Assembly: GCA_946965045.2 (NCBI GenBank)
Contig: OX337240.1
Location: forward strand, 1,116,001 to 1,180,000
Source: Epithemia pelagica
Taxonomy: Eukaryota; Protista; Bacillariophyta
Direction of reading: 5' to 3'
Length of the DNA stretch: 64,000 nucleotides
Shown: one piece after another, positions 22,417 to 33,749 of the stretch
Numbering within the stretch: position 1 is the first letter of the stretch
How the letters are laid out: every line of letters begins with the position of its first letter
Made by a program: the position numbers and the translations under genes
Notes under the pieces: model-generated
What the model saw: the letters and a program-made list of their open reading frames with translations, nothing else
What the model was told of the DNA's origin: nothing
Databases searched by the model: none

Positions 22417-25400
22417 ATGATAAAGCCGATACGAATCTTGGGAGGGGCGTCGTTGGGACAACGTCGACAGGGAGCCACGACAACGACTGCTGCTGGTTCC
22501 TCGTGGGAACCCTTGGTCAGTCGACCCATTCCATCACAACAGCAACAACAACAACAGCAGCAGCAGGAGAGACCACACCACGACCATTCGCCGCAACGGT
22601 TCATTCTTCTTCCGCAGGAACGATTTGTCATAGTCTTATCGTATGCCACGGGCAAACGATTGGGAGTTTTGGTCTTGGAGGACGCGGACGAAAACGATTT
22701 GTTGCTAAACGACAACGACAAGAACAACAAGACGACGACGACCAACGCATCCGAAACCAAACTAGATGAAGAGGCCTCCAGTCTTGCCGAGAAGGACCAC
22801 ATGACGCTGGAATGCGCCGTCTTGGCGTGCATGCCGTCGTCGTCACATGCACAAGACTCGTTTCGACGATATCCCATGGACGACGCTCGAATGGACGGAC
22901 CGAGCCTGGACGTGGAGCGACTACAAGAAGAAGACGAAGAATATCTCTATGTGGGATGCAACCAGGGACATATCTTGGAATTTTCCATGACACGAATTGC
23001 AGCGTCCTTGTCGACGACGACACGAGGGCCGAAGCATGCGTGGTACAATCTCGTAGATGGGACTCGTTTGCCCGGTCCCATTGTCTATCCTCATCGGCGC
23101 CTGCAAATTGCCCATGCGTCGTCGCCGATCATAGCCTTGACGGTTCCACAGTCGACGAGTACCAAGAATACTACGACCAACCACCACCATGCATTCCACG
23201 ACAACCGCCAGGGCCAAACCGGTTTGGAGTGTTGGGCGTTGGTCCAAACCAAGGTGGAAACCTTGAACCATCGAACAACGGTTGTGACGGAATCGGACTG
23301 TACCATGACACGGATTCAGATTCCACCGCCATCATCATCATCATCATCCTCGTCGGGAGGCCATGAAACGGTGGACGTGAACTTGACCACGGACCCATCC
23401 TCCTTGGTACAATCTCTCTCTCCTCCCTTGTCCTTTCGATGCATTTGCTCCAAATCCTCCCATCGTGTCGTGAGTTTGCGCGATTCCACCCACTTGGTTC
23501 AATGGTATTCCTCTCTGGTTCCGGAGGGTGTCTTGATCCTCCTGGGTCGTCCCACGGAATTGCAAGTTACCTTGTATCCCTGGCCAGACGACACCAATCA
23601 TCCGAATGACAAGGACTCGCAGCAGCCGCACTCGTGTGTCACGGCCAGCTACGTCTTTTCCCCGACCGATGCCTTGACCGCGATGGTTCCCTCTCCCAAT
23701 GGGTTGGACGTGGCGTGTGGACATGATTCGGGTCGAATTTATCTCGTCAAAAATTTTATCCCGCTCTATCACCAGTACTTGGTCCAACAATTGGCATTGA
23801 CAACGACGACGACAACCATCACTCCGGACAACAACATGGCGGACCACAAGGATGGACTCCCCGACATTCGACGACGGCGGTTGCATTGGCATGCCCATGC
23901 CGTTGCCACCTTGGCCTTTGAAAGTGCCTCAGTGGCCGAGGAGCCCTTTTTGTACAGTGGCGGATTGGAAGCGGTCTTGTGTGGATGGCACTTGGCACGA
24001 GGTCAAGACAAGCCGTCCTGGACCTTGCCGCGTCTGGGCTTGCAGGGGATTGCCCACATTCGGCATATCCCCGCCAGCAACAACGACCATGACGACGACA
24101 CTGGGGCGTCGGCCACCCTGTTGGTCACGTGTGCCAAGGAATCTCTCCAACTCGTGAATGCGCACAATCTCAAGGTGCAATGGAAAACGTCCGTCGTTTC
24201 TACGGCCGACCCGCATCACATCAAGAACCATGCCCATCCCTGGATGCAACTCAAGGCAGTACCCTCCACCCGCACCGACGCGTCGTCGTCGTTGTCGTGC
24301 TGCAATAAGGTGGCCCTGTTTGGAGGTCCCGAGTCGTCGGGCATGGTCCAGTGGCTGGATCCTCCCCCGCCACAGGACCATGATCATGAGGATGCCAGCA
24401 TGCTGGAAGAGGCCCGATTGGATGTCGCACCCTACAATCGTGTCAGCAAGACGGAACCCAAAGATGTCGAATTGCCCATGCCCTTTATCACCCATGCCGT
24501 CTGGGATGGAACGGGGACCATTCTCTTGACCCTGGACGTGATGTGCACCCACGTGTACACCATGGGTACCACCACACACACCAATCACAACTTGGTTCCG
24601 TCGTATGGATCCATTACCAGTCTCAAATTTTGGTCCACCCACCACAACCACAATCAGTATCACGTCGTGGCCGAGCTGTCCTCGCCCCATGGCAAGAACC
24701 ATTCCGTGTGTGCGGCGACACTTTCGGAACGTGGCACAGTGGCGTGTACACTCAGTCCCGAGGAACATGCCTTTCGGATTTGGGAACGGCGACGATCACC
24801 ACCACAACCACAAACCGTCGACCAGTTTGATACGGAACTGGCGGCCCAATGGTTTTGTCGCTATCGCATTGAAGTTCCTTCGGGATTTGCCAACCATGTA
24901 CCCGCCAAAGTCACCACCACCTGTCCCATGTCCTTTTCGTCGGACGATTCCACCTTGGCCATTGGCCTTGGCAATCATGTTACTTTGTGGGATGTCGATC
25001 AACAAGTACTGTTGGTGTCCCTGCCACATTCCGACACGACGACAGTGACTTCGGCCATTCAACGCGTCTTGTTTTTACCCTCCACGTCCAAGTTTTGTGA
25101 CATGATGCTCACATGGTCCAAACGACAAGTCACCTTTCATTCTCCCTTTGGACAAGGTGGTCCCCTCAATTTGGGATGGACGTGGTCCGTCCCCCCTCCT
25201 CATGCCGCGGCGGCCGTTGTCATTTCGTGTGTGGAATACATTCTTCCCCAAGAGCTGGTGGCCGTGACACTCTATCATCCACCCAATCATAATAATAACA
25301 AGAACGACCGGAATACCGGCACGTCTGTCTTGTGGTTGATGGATGTCGAACGGGGGACCGTTGTGAGCCGTGGCACCAAAGTCCAAGTGCCCGGGAAAGT

Positions 25401-25902
25401 CATGGAAATGGCCTCTCTGACCAATCCATCAACGACGGCTGCGGCCAACAGAGACGTGGACAAGGACAGCTGGGGAGAGGATTCCACCATGTCGTCGACA
25501 TCATCACAAGAGGAAGTGGATCTCATGTTTGTCGTTCGAGAAGGAGGTATTTATCGTTGGTTCTCGGGCGATGGTACCAGGACGCCCGACCGCTCCAAGA
25601 CGACACCATCGAATACTACTACGACGATTGCCACGACTACGACCACCACCTCTCGTTCCATTCCATCCCTTCAAGACCACATGTCGTCGTCCTCCCATGA
25701 CCGAAAACGTCCTCGAGAAGCCTTGTCCTTTTGGGATCGGACAAGTGCCTACGGCGCGGCTGCCGCCAAGCTGTCGGTGGAATCGTTTGGATTTGGTGAT
25801 GGAACCGATGACGTTCCACTCTTGGCGGGTGCCTTTGGAACTGCCTTTTTGTCACGCAATCTACGACGAGTGCAGCGTCCACGAACCATGGACTTGTCGT
25901 AA
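22417..25902 (+). CDS. WDR75: WD40 protein, WDR75/UTP17-like (SSU processome)
   Basis: LHWHAHAVATLAF...LYSGGLEAVLCGWHL...TLPRLG signature, N-terminal ILGG, ITSLKFW, further WD blades. Confidence 0.8.
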   Translation: MIKPIRILGGASLGQRRQGATTTTAAGSSWEPLVSRPIPSQQQQQQQQQQERPHHDHSPQRFILLPQERFVIVLSYATGKRLGVLVLEDADENDLLLNDNDKNNKTTTTNASETKLDEEASSLAEKDHMTLECAVLACMPSSSHAQDSFRRYPMDDARMDGPSLDVERLQEEDEEYLYVGCNQGHILEFSMTRIAASLSTTTRGPKHAWYNLVDGTRLPGPIVYPHRRLQIAHASSPIIALTVPQSTSTKNTTTNHHHAFHDNRQGQTGLECWALVQTKVETLNHRTTVVTESDCTMTRIQIPPPSSSSSSSSGGHETVDVNLTTDPSSLVQSLSPPLSFRCICSKSSHRVVSLRDSTHLVQWYSSLVPEGVLILLGRPTELQVTLYPWPDDTNHPNDKDSQQPHSCVTASYVFSPTDALTAMVPSPNGLDVACGHDSGRIYLVKNFIPLYHQYLVQQLALTTTTTTITPDNNMADHKDGLPDIRRRRLHWHAHAVATLAFESASVAEEPFLYSGGLEAVLCGWHLARGQDKPSWTLPRLGLQGIAHIRHIPASNNDHDDDTGASATLLVTCAKESLQLVNAHNLKVQWKTSVVSTADPHHIKNHAHPWMQLKAVPSTRTDASSSLSCCNKVALFGGPESSGMVQWLDPPPPQDHDHEDASMLEEARLDVAPYNRVSKTEPKDVELPMPFITHAVWDGTGTILLTLDVMCTHVYTMGTTTHTNHNLVPSYGSITSLKFWSTHHNHNQYHVVAELSSPHGKNHSVCAATLSERGTVACTLSPEEHAFRIWERRRSPPQPQTVDQFDTELAAQWFCRYRIEVPSGFANHVPAKVTTTCPMSFSSDDSTLAIGLGNHVTLWDVDQQVLLVSLPHSDTTTVTSAIQRVLFLPSTSKFCDMMLTWSKRQVTFHSPFGQGGPLNLGWTWSVPPPHAAAAVVISCVEYILPQELVAVTLYHPPNHNNNKNDRNTGTSVLWLMDVERGTVVSRGTKVQVPGKVMEMASLTNPSTTAAANRDVDKDSWGEDSTMSSTSSQEEVDLMFVVREGGIYRWFSGDGTRTPDRSKTTPSNTTTTIATTTTTTSRSIPSLQDHMSSSSHDRKRPREALSFWDRTSAYGAAAAKLSVESFGFGDGTDDVPLLAGAFGTAFLSRNLRRVQRPRTMDLS

Positions 25903-26387
25903 AAACAGGGAAACATAAAGTGCGTATGTGAGGTATGGTCCAGAACTACAGAAATATTTTTGTGACACTTGGTAAAGTGTTCTTGGCTAAAGCTAAAGGG
26001 GATCTTGTAGTAGACGGACTCTTGGCCATTGCAATTTTGAGCCGCTCCAAAGTGACGACAACCAAGCTAGCAATATCAAAAGATGGGCGAGAGGACGTGG
26101 CCCATTCCCACATTCTTCGTCTCATGATCACAACACAACACCCACCACAAAACCGCGACCGGTTGTTATGATTCGGAAGCAAAAAATCGCCGCCATGCAA
26201 TCTTTCCGCGATCGATTTTCCAGTCACGGATCGTCGATCCTTTTTGTCGACCATGGTCGAACGCTGTCGGCAAAGAGAATAGACAAAAGGATACCCGTAA
26301 AGGAGTAGATCGCACGCAATAGATATTCCTCTTTTGAAGAACTGGGACTGTCACCAGAACTCCACGTCCCTAGCTGTCAATTTGTGA

Positions 26388-27944
26388 ATGAGGAAGAGCT
26401 GTATTACAATTGATATATACAAAGCCGTGACCCACAAAAAATTTCAAACGAATATGAGTGACTGCCGCAACACGGCAAGGAGCCACCCATTAGAGGCAAA
26501 GGGAGTACAAGGAATGACTCAAGATCATCCGAGGACAGCCGAAAAGAAACAAACTACGGCATCTACGTCATCCGCAGGTTCGTCATCTCAGGGTAACAAC
26601 AACAAGAACGACAACCGAAAGCCCATCGAGGGATCGAAAAAGAAGGACCACATGCAACAAAAGCGTCACAGCCCTTCCACGGATCAACCATCCCTTCTTG
26701 GACCCGTTTTGCCCAAACAAAGCAGATCGATAGATGACACGCAGGCCAAGAAACAACGAAGAAGAGAGGAAGGACCAAAAGAAGATGGAGAACGAGTCAT
26801 TCAGGAAAGTGAAGAAAACGAAGAAGAAGAAGAACTAGTCAAAATTCCTTCTCGTTCCAACCTAGAAACCCCAGCCATGAGAGGAGCTGAGGTCCATCGC
26901 TGGGATTTAGAAAACGCCCTTCATTGCATTCTCAATGCTCGATCGCGTGGGGAGGATGCTACCAACAACCACAGCCGCAATCAGTCGGCACGCGATTATT
27001 TGTGGCCCAAATCCTCCTCCTCCTCGGAGGATGATCCACCACCATGGATTACCTTTCGATTGGGCCATGCCGGTGATGTCTCCGAGTTGGCTCGGTTGTA
27101 TCGTCAACGTGTGCAACAACCGACACAACCACCAAACGGACGGCAGCATCCACCAGAAGCTCCTCCTCGAACGGCGCGTCGACAACCACAACAACCACAC
27201 CAACGACAGCCTCCGGTTCGCCGTGCATCATCCTCGTCGTCCTCGCCATCCCATTCTACGGGAATGCCACCCTCGGACGAAACCACATCCTTGGAAGTGC
27301 GACTCGCCGAAGCAATGGGAGATGAAGATCATCCACCCGTCGTGTACTGTTTGTTGGCCTTTGTTCATCAAGAAAAAGAAAAAGAAGAAGCTGAGGACCT
27401 TGCGGGTGAGGATGGCACAATCCAGTCGCTTGGCACTGATGACGCATCAATAGAAACGGGCACCAGAGACAGACATGACCAGACCCAAATCGCGACTCAA
27501 GACCACCGAAACAACCACCATGGTGCAACAGAAAAATCCCATGGACGAGACCCCACTCTCTTGACCACGGACCGTCGTGTCAAGGCAACCACAACAACCA
27601 CAACGACTCGACTTGCTGCTGCCGCCATGCTCACGGAACAAACCAACTTGTTTGATTCGTACGTCGTGCAGCATCCTCCTGGCAACCGTCGCACAGTTCA
27701 CGATCCTACCTTGATTCGGGTGGAATGGATCGTTGTCAACGACGATGGAAACCACAGTAGTGAAGAGGATTCGACCCGATGGCAACAAAAAGAACGGCAA
27801 AGTGTCCTTGCCAAACTGTGGCTTTGTATCAGTAGCCTAGGCCTCCTCATGAAGAGTGCGGTCCATGTCGTTGACGACGTGCCTCCCACAACCAACCACA
27901 TCCACCGACATGAGACGCCGTCGCAAAAGGCTCCTCGACGATGA
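26388..27944 (+). CDS. Hypothetical protein with possible degenerate GNAT fold
   Basis: 518-aa ORF, disordered N-terminus; ITFRLGHAGDVSELARLY and LIRVEWIVV resemble GNAT beta1/alpha1 and beta4. Confidence 0.55.
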   Translation: MRKSCITIDIYKAVTHKKFQTNMSDCRNTARSHPLEAKGVQGMTQDHPRTAEKKQTTASTSSAGSSSQGNNNKNDNRKPIEGSKKKDHMQQKRHSPSTDQPSLLGPVLPKQSRSIDDTQAKKQRRREEGPKEDGERVIQESEENEEEEELVKIPSRSNLETPAMRGAEVHRWDLENALHCILNARSRGEDATNNHSRNQSARDYLWPKSSSSSEDDPPPWITFRLGHAGDVSELARLYRQRVQQPTQPPNGRQHPPEAPPRTARRQPQQPHQRQPPVRRASSSSSSPSHSTGMPPSDETTSLEVRLAEAMGDEDHPPVVYCLLAFVHQEKEKEEAEDLAGEDGTIQSLGTDDASIETGTRDRHDQTQIATQDHRNNHHGATEKSHGRDPTLLTTDRRVKATTTTTTTRLAAAAMLTEQTNLFDSYVVQHPPGNRRTVHDPTLIRVEWIVVNDDGNHSSEEDSTRWQQKERQSVLAKLWLCISSLGLLMKSAVHVVDDVPPTTNHIHRHETPSQKAPRR

Positions 27945-28291
27945 CGACGACACATCAAACAAACAGAGGAAATCCTCCAGTGGATCAAGAGTTGCCCAAA
28001 CGACTGGAGAATCGAGGCCACCGGGATTGTCATGGATAGATAACTTATGCGCGCAGAGGTAGATACCCCCATGGAAGGATAGCGTTGTGGATGTGCGACC
28101 AAAATCAGTCGGAAAACGGTCGCGAATTATTTATCGGTAGACAACCTAGCTCTCTGATCATCCAGAGTATCATTGCAACATTGAGAGACTTTCCAGAAGG
28201 AGACTCTAGAGTGTACTGACGACACTCAAAGATCCACGTCTCGTGTTCTTTTGAATATTCTTGCCATACAACGAAGAAACAACCAAAAGTT

Positions 28292-28921
28292 ATGATGAGA
28301 GTCTCCAACAACAATGCTTCATGGTGGATTGCACTGGGGATGATGGTCTCCATCCCTTGCGGTGTTGTGCATGGGTTTTCCATTGATGCGCCGCCACCGG
28401 CCACACCGGTGTTGGTGGAGCAACCGGCGTTGCAGCGTGTCATGACCACAGAGTACCAACCACCTTTTCAGTACCAGCTGCCGCCCATTCTCTCTTCGTC
28501 ACTCTCCGTGTCGGCGGTCACAACAGCGGCAGCACCGGCAACAGCGCCAACAGGAAAGGAAACGGCCACCATTAGCTACATTAATTACGATGGCAAGGTT
28601 CCCACCACCGAATCGGACGAATACGTGGTTCTTTCGAATGGATCCAAAACAGCCTCCTTGGATGTGTCGGGATATACCTTGTATGTCGCCACTTCGGGGA
28701 CACAAGGAGCCACCTTTGTCTTTCCAACAAGTAGTACTAGTTCGATCAAACCTGGTGGATCGGTCCGTGTGTATACCAATGAAATTCACAAGGAAAGTGG
28801 TGGCTATTCCTTTGGTTCTGGCAAGGCCTTGTGGAACAATCGAGGTGGATTGGCCGTCCTCAAGGATGCCAAGGGCAACAAGATTTGCGAATACAAGTAC
28901 AAACCCGATTCTTCAGCCTAA
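28292..28921 (+). CDS. Lamin-tail-domain (LTD) protein with bipartite plastid-type presequence
   Basis: Signal peptide ending VVHG|FS, then ATISYINYDG...ESDEYVVLSN...LDVSGYTL...IKPGGSVRVYT...LWNNRGGLAVLKDAKG (LTD). Confidence 0.8.
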   Translation: MMRVSNNNASWWIALGMMVSIPCGVVHGFSIDAPPPATPVLVEQPALQRVMTTEYQPPFQYQLPPILSSSLSVSAVTTAAAPATAPTGKETATISYINYDGKVPTTESDEYVVLSNGSKTASLDVSGYTLYVATSGTQGATFVFPTSSTSSIKPGGSVRVYTNEIHKESGGYSFGSGKALWNNRGGLAVLKDAKGNKICEYKYKPDSSA

Positions 28922-29157
28922 GAATCCCTCTTGGTTTGGTTGGGGAATCGAATAGCTACACACACAACACAACACCAAACGACTCGATGCGACGCAGACT
29001 CGTTTCCAGTCGGTGATAGAGAGTTTGGCAAGACGGATGGATGGACGCACGCTCGATTGGATGCTAGCATAAAACGAATTCAAAAACCAAATGGATGGAG
29101 GAATGGATCCACAGCCGTTGCGTGTGTATGTGCATGCGTGCGTGTGTATGTGTGTCG

Positions 29158-30960
29158 TTAAAATCCTTGAAAGACTTGATCGTAGGATGGCATACCCATG
29201 GCACGGGTCCACGGTTGGCCTGTGCTTCTGGTTGTCGTCGTCGTTGTTGTTGTTGTTGCGGTGCACGACAATGTCGTTGTGACAGACTGCTGTTGTGATG
29301 GTGATGGTGATGGTGATGGTGGTGGTACAACACATTCGTACACGGGAGAGAGGACCAATGGCAAACGACTCGTCATTTGGGGTTCCTTCTTGCTGTTTAT
29401 ACTTGGTGTATAGGGTTGTCGCAATGCCTTGGCCCACTCTGTATGGGTGGGCAAGGGTCGTGATGCTCCGGGGACAATCTTGTGGTGGTTGTTAGTGTTG
29501 TTGTCGTTGTTGGTGGAGGTTGTCGTTGCGGGTCGTACTTGCAATTCTTTCCAAAAGGCCAACATGAGTGTGACGCGATTGGAATGGGAGGGAGCGTTGT
29601 TATTGTTGTGGTTATTGTCGTGGTTCGTGGGCGTGTCGGGTGACACGGCATTGTTTCTTGTGTCGTGTGGTGGTGGTTCTGGTTCGCGCTTCGGACTACT
29701 ACTACTAGAAGACGGTTGTTGTGATTGTGGTTGTTGCTTGTCGTGTACGGTTCCGGGCACAACGCCATGCAAGACCCGTCCATCAAAAGCGACACACCGT
29801 CGGGGAGCGGGGGGACACAACCAGGCCGTTTGGGCCACGTGTCGACTGACCCGTCGTTGATTGGTCACCAAGGTGGCTCCACCATTACTCCTACTACTAC
29901 TGCTACTCGACTCGGACGACAAGTACAAGACGGTACTGACGAGGGGATGTCGAACGACGGCGGTTTGTCCTTCTTGATCGGAATCAAAATGCAATTGATG
30001 TCCCGTGACGGCCGGACGATTGTGAGCCCACAGTTCGACATGGGTACACTGGTGCAAGGCGTGACGGTGGGGACGCCACAACAATGACGAGGAGGGAGCG
30101 CCCGTGGTGGTATTGTTGTCATGGTCATGGTCCAGATCCAGCAAGTGTTTCCACACCTTGTGAATCAAGTGTCCCAAAAATCCATACTCGCGCACCACGT
30201 AGGGCAATGAGTCGTCGTCATTCAGTGGTTGGCGTTGTAATGTCGGCGGTGGCGGCTGCAAGGGAATGGCGTAGGAAAAATAGGGACTGGGCGTGGGTTC
30301 GACGTGATAATCATGATCGGTCCAATACGAGGCCTGTGGATTGGCAAAAATGGAGTGGAGTATGGTATATTCCTCGTGCGTCAAAAACTCGTCCCAAATG
30401 CGACAGGGTGGTGGTGATGGTGGTAAGGATGTGGTGTTGCTGGTGGTGACAGACGATGACGACTTGTCGACCGGCACTAATACTGCGGAGTCGAGGGGTG
30501 CAAAGACGTTGGAGGACAATCGACAGGTATAGTCCAACTCGGACAAGAGCGCATCGGCTTGTGCCACACGGCCCGATTGCAAATACCACAAGGCCAATTG
30601 TTCTCCCGCACGTCGACGAGGACAAGAAGCAGCAGCAGCACCACACTCCTCATCCTCATGCTCCAGAGTGTCCATGATGTTGTCGTCGTCGTCGTCCTTG
30701 GGGTCGTGTTTATCGATTCGAGGTCGTTTGGGTCGGGTCGTCGGGTCGGCATTGGGCTTTGTTGGGGTATCGTAGTCGTTGTCGTTGTCATAGTAGACGG
30801 ATTGATACAAGTGTTCCACTCGTTCCATATCCTGCAAGCATGTCGCTTGCAACCACAACGATCGAGCGTGTCGTTGACGTTGTCGTAGTAGTCGTTGTCG
30901 CTTGCGGTTGTTCTTGTTGTGGCTGCCGCCGCGGGCCAAAGTACGAGGAGGAGGATCCAT
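29158..30960 (-). CDS. 2OG-Fe(II) oxygenase-superfamily protein (prolyl-hydroxylase-like)
   Basis: VELWAH...HQLHFDSD (HxD), PLVSTVLYLS, GGATLV, FDGRVLHGV (distal His), RVTLMLAFW. Start placed at ATG 30960 (MDPPP). Confidence 0.8.
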   Translation of the reverse strand: MDPPPRTLARGGSHNKNNRKRQRLLRQRQRHARSLWLQATCLQDMERVEHLYQSVYYDNDNDYDTPTKPNADPTTRPKRPRIDKHDPKDDDDDNIMDTLEHEDEECGAAAASCPRRRAGEQLALWYLQSGRVAQADALLSELDYTCRLSSNVFAPLDSAVLVPVDKSSSSVTTSNTTSLPPSPPPCRIWDEFLTHEEYTILHSIFANPQASYWTDHDYHVEPTPSPYFSYAIPLQPPPPTLQRQPLNDDDSLPYVVREYGFLGHLIHKVWKHLLDLDHDHDNNTTTGAPSSSLLWRPHRHALHQCTHVELWAHNRPAVTGHQLHFDSDQEGQTAVVRHPLVSTVLYLSSESSSSSSRSNGGATLVTNQRRVSRHVAQTAWLCPPAPRRCVAFDGRVLHGVVPGTVHDKQQPQSQQPSSSSSSPKREPEPPPHDTRNNAVSPDTPTNHDNNHNNNNAPSHSNRVTLMLAFWKELQVRPATTTSTNNDNNTNNHHKIVPGASRPLPTHTEWAKALRQPYTPSINSKKEPQMTSRLPLVLSPVYECVVPPPSPSPSPSQQQSVTTTLSCTATTTTTTTTTRSTGQPWTRAMGMPSYDQVFQGF

Positions 30961-31312
30961 TCTGATGGTGGTGGTGCTTGTACAACTCACTGCCACTGTC
31001 GTTGTTCGGTGGGAACCTCCCAGTCGATCCCTGCTGGGTTGGCTCGACGACGAAGAAGAAAAGATCGTGATACACAGAAAAGATACGACGACTCTCATTT
31101 TTTCCAAATTCGTCTTTTTTCCATCAAAAAGTGTATGTAAAAATAAAACGATACCCCTTTTACGTTTTACGGTTTTGTTGTCCTTTGTTACAACCCGGAT
31201 CTTAATTTTTTGCACAAATGAGTCATTGGTGTGCATCCATTCTCATCCTTGTCATTCTCTCTCTCTCATCAACAAAGCCTTGCTGGTGTGTATAGGATAC
31301 ACAAGCAAGAAT

Positions 31313-33523
31313 ATGACGACAACAAGGACAACCACGACAATAACGCAAGAGTATTACGATGAATTGTGTGTGGAGAATCTCGAAGTGTTTGACTTGGACG
31401 ACGAGGATCAAGCCGTGAAGGAAACGGAAGAACAACTCCTGCAACAATTGGGAGTCGGCGCCGTGGACAATGAGCACCACCACCCAACAACAAAGAATGA
31501 GGAGTGCTGCTTTTGGTTGAGTCACTTGTCACGAACCTTTCCCACCACTCCGCAAGGTGTGGAAGAACGACGACAGATGCAACACTTTCAATACTTGGTT
31601 CATTCTCTGGTATCACCACAACCAGACGAACCACAGGACACGACGACGACGACCCACCACCAAACCACTGACGCAACACTGGACCGTACTACTACGGCGA
31701 CTCAAATTCAAGCGTACCTTACCGGCAATCCGGTCTTGTACTTGTCGCTCTTGTTGCACATGGAGGATCATCCGGAACGCAACCACCAAGGTGGTGGATT
31801 GACGGCACTTGTTGTTGCGGCGGCGAGTTCGACCCACAAGGACGATGCGGACCATTCCCAACGACAGTGGACGGCCTTGCAAACCTTGCATCATGTCTTG
31901 ACGACGGCCTTGCAACGCTCCAACCATAATAATACTCAGGTCCGCAATGCCGTGATTGGACACTATCAACAAGCTGTATCTTCGACAATGACGAGTGTCT
32001 TGTCCACGTGGGTGCAAACCTTGTACAGTCATGTCCAGCACATGGAGGACACCACAGCCACCACCACAACAAGACCACTATCACAACGACTGCGAGAAAT
32101 GCAGTACATTCTCGTCCTGCTGTGGTTTGCTGTCAAGCAATGCGAAGCCAACAAACAGCGATTCTTGCAACTCCGCATTCTTCCAACCACCAACGACAAG
32201 AACGACAATGAATCCTCACCAGCCGACACGGTCCACCGAACGAGCAGTCACGTCTTGGTCGAGTGTCTCACGCATCTCGTGACGGCTGCGCAACGCCACC
32301 AGGAGGAGGATCACCACGACGACGACGACAAGGACCAAAATGATACGACGCAAACCATCAGACTCCTCCTCCACGACTGTATTCGTGCCACTTGTCGGTT
32401 GGGAACCAGTTTGTGTACCTTTGAACCCGAATTGCGGTGGAATCCACCAAGTACTAGCACCAACAACAACCACAAGAACCAGAAGAACCAGCCACCCCTC
32501 GTTTCGTCGGCGCACGATGCCGTCTTGTCTCTGGCCACGGCTGGATGGATTCCCGCCTTGCACCAAGTGTGGACTTGGCAGGACGACGAACAGTCGTCGT
32601 CGTCGTCATTGTCATCCACAACCACTGCCATTTGGTCTCCACCATCCTGGGATCCCTCACCGTGGATTTTGGCTTTGAGAGCCATGGCCATTCAAAATCA
32701 AGTCGTGCAATCCATGGTGACGGTCGGACTCTTGCATCAAGCCTGTCGAACCTTTCATCACTTGGTGGTGGCATTGGCAACCACCACTGCGGGGACTGCG
32801 ACAACTACTACAACTAACAACCACACGGTTGTCAATACCGCCACTCCACCACCGGCATGGACAGTGGATACTCTCGTGGCCCTTGTGGGTCTCTTTCGAA
32901 ACATGAGTGCCAATGATGAAATCAAAACCATGTTGTGTTTGGGACGGTCCAGTGACTCCACCACCACCAACAACAACGAAGTCATGAGTATCGTACCGTC
33001 CTTGGTGCACGTCATGACCACTCCCTCGCATCCCCCCTTGTTGCAGGAACATGCCTGTGGGACGATTGCGGCCATGGCTTTGCGACAGCCTCGCAATGCC
33101 CAATTCTTGGTCGTGACCCATGCTGTCCACGTGGCCATTGTGCAGGTCATGCAACGCCATGCCTCCTCGGCACCTCTGCAACGACAAGCCGCCTTGGCCC
33201 TTCGAAATTTGGTCAGTCGAGACAAGTTGCTGACGAATGTGGCATCGGTCGAGTCCGAGGGACAACAGTCGCAACCACAGCCACAACCCTTGGGTCCGCT
33301 CTTGTTGCAAGCCGGTGCCCAACAAGCCTTGCTCCAGTACGCGGCACCTCATGCATCGTGTCAAGATGAAGTCTATGCCGCCTTGCGGGAATTGGGTGTA
33401 CAAGGCATTTCCATGGTTCATCATGTCCGCGTTGTGGATTCTTCCGGAACGGAACAAGTTGTGGTACAACCCACGCCACAGTTTGGAGCCGTTGCCTCCA
33501 ATTTTCGACCCGTCTACGAGTGA
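31313..33523 (+). CDS. ARMC6: Armadillo-repeat protein, ARMC6-like
   Basis: N-terminal ITQEYYDELCVENLEVFDLDDEDQAVKETEEQL and C-terminal ARM repeats (ACGTIAAMALRQPRN, LQRQAALALRNLVSR, EVYAALRELG). Confidence 0.75.
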   Translation: MTTTRTTTTITQEYYDELCVENLEVFDLDDEDQAVKETEEQLLQQLGVGAVDNEHHHPTTKNEECCFWLSHLSRTFPTTPQGVEERRQMQHFQYLVHSLVSPQPDEPQDTTTTTHHQTTDATLDRTTTATQIQAYLTGNPVLYLSLLLHMEDHPERNHQGGGLTALVVAAASSTHKDDADHSQRQWTALQTLHHVLTTALQRSNHNNTQVRNAVIGHYQQAVSSTMTSVLSTWVQTLYSHVQHMEDTTATTTTRPLSQRLREMQYILVLLWFAVKQCEANKQRFLQLRILPTTNDKNDNESSPADTVHRTSSHVLVECLTHLVTAAQRHQEEDHHDDDDKDQNDTTQTIRLLLHDCIRATCRLGTSLCTFEPELRWNPPSTSTNNNHKNQKNQPPLVSSAHDAVLSLATAGWIPALHQVWTWQDDEQSSSSSLSSTTTAIWSPPSWDPSPWILALRAMAIQNQVVQSMVTVGLLHQACRTFHHLVVALATTTAGTATTTTTNNHTVVNTATPPPAWTVDTLVALVGLFRNMSANDEIKTMLCLGRSSDSTTTNNNEVMSIVPSLVHVMTTPSHPPLLQEHACGTIAAMALRQPRNAQFLVVTHAVHVAIVQVMQRHASSAPLQRQAALALRNLVSRDKLLTNVASVESEGQQSQPQPQPLGPLLLQAGAQQALLQYAAPHASCQDEVYAALRELGVQGISMVHHVRVVDSSGTEQVVVQPTPQFGAVASNFRPVYE

Positions 33524-33749
33524 GACCAACCTACAGGCCCCGCATATGCGTCCCCTTGGAGAGAACGGTCACGTGTCAAAGTGGTGTTTGGCAAGATGTG
33601 TACGACCGTGCGGTGGCAAAACCTGAAACACGAAAAACAACACGTCGTCGTTTGGGACGAGGAATGCTTTGTGATATTCCATTGCAAAAACGACAAAAGT
33701 GGAATATGGTTTGGGTACGGAACTGCCGAACGTCTTTTTAGTATCAGTA

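Noticed and set aside
30902-31236. Apparent overlap of the 692-aa and 873-aa ORFs
   Set aside because: It arises from non-ATG or upstream extensions; homology starts at 30960 and 31313.
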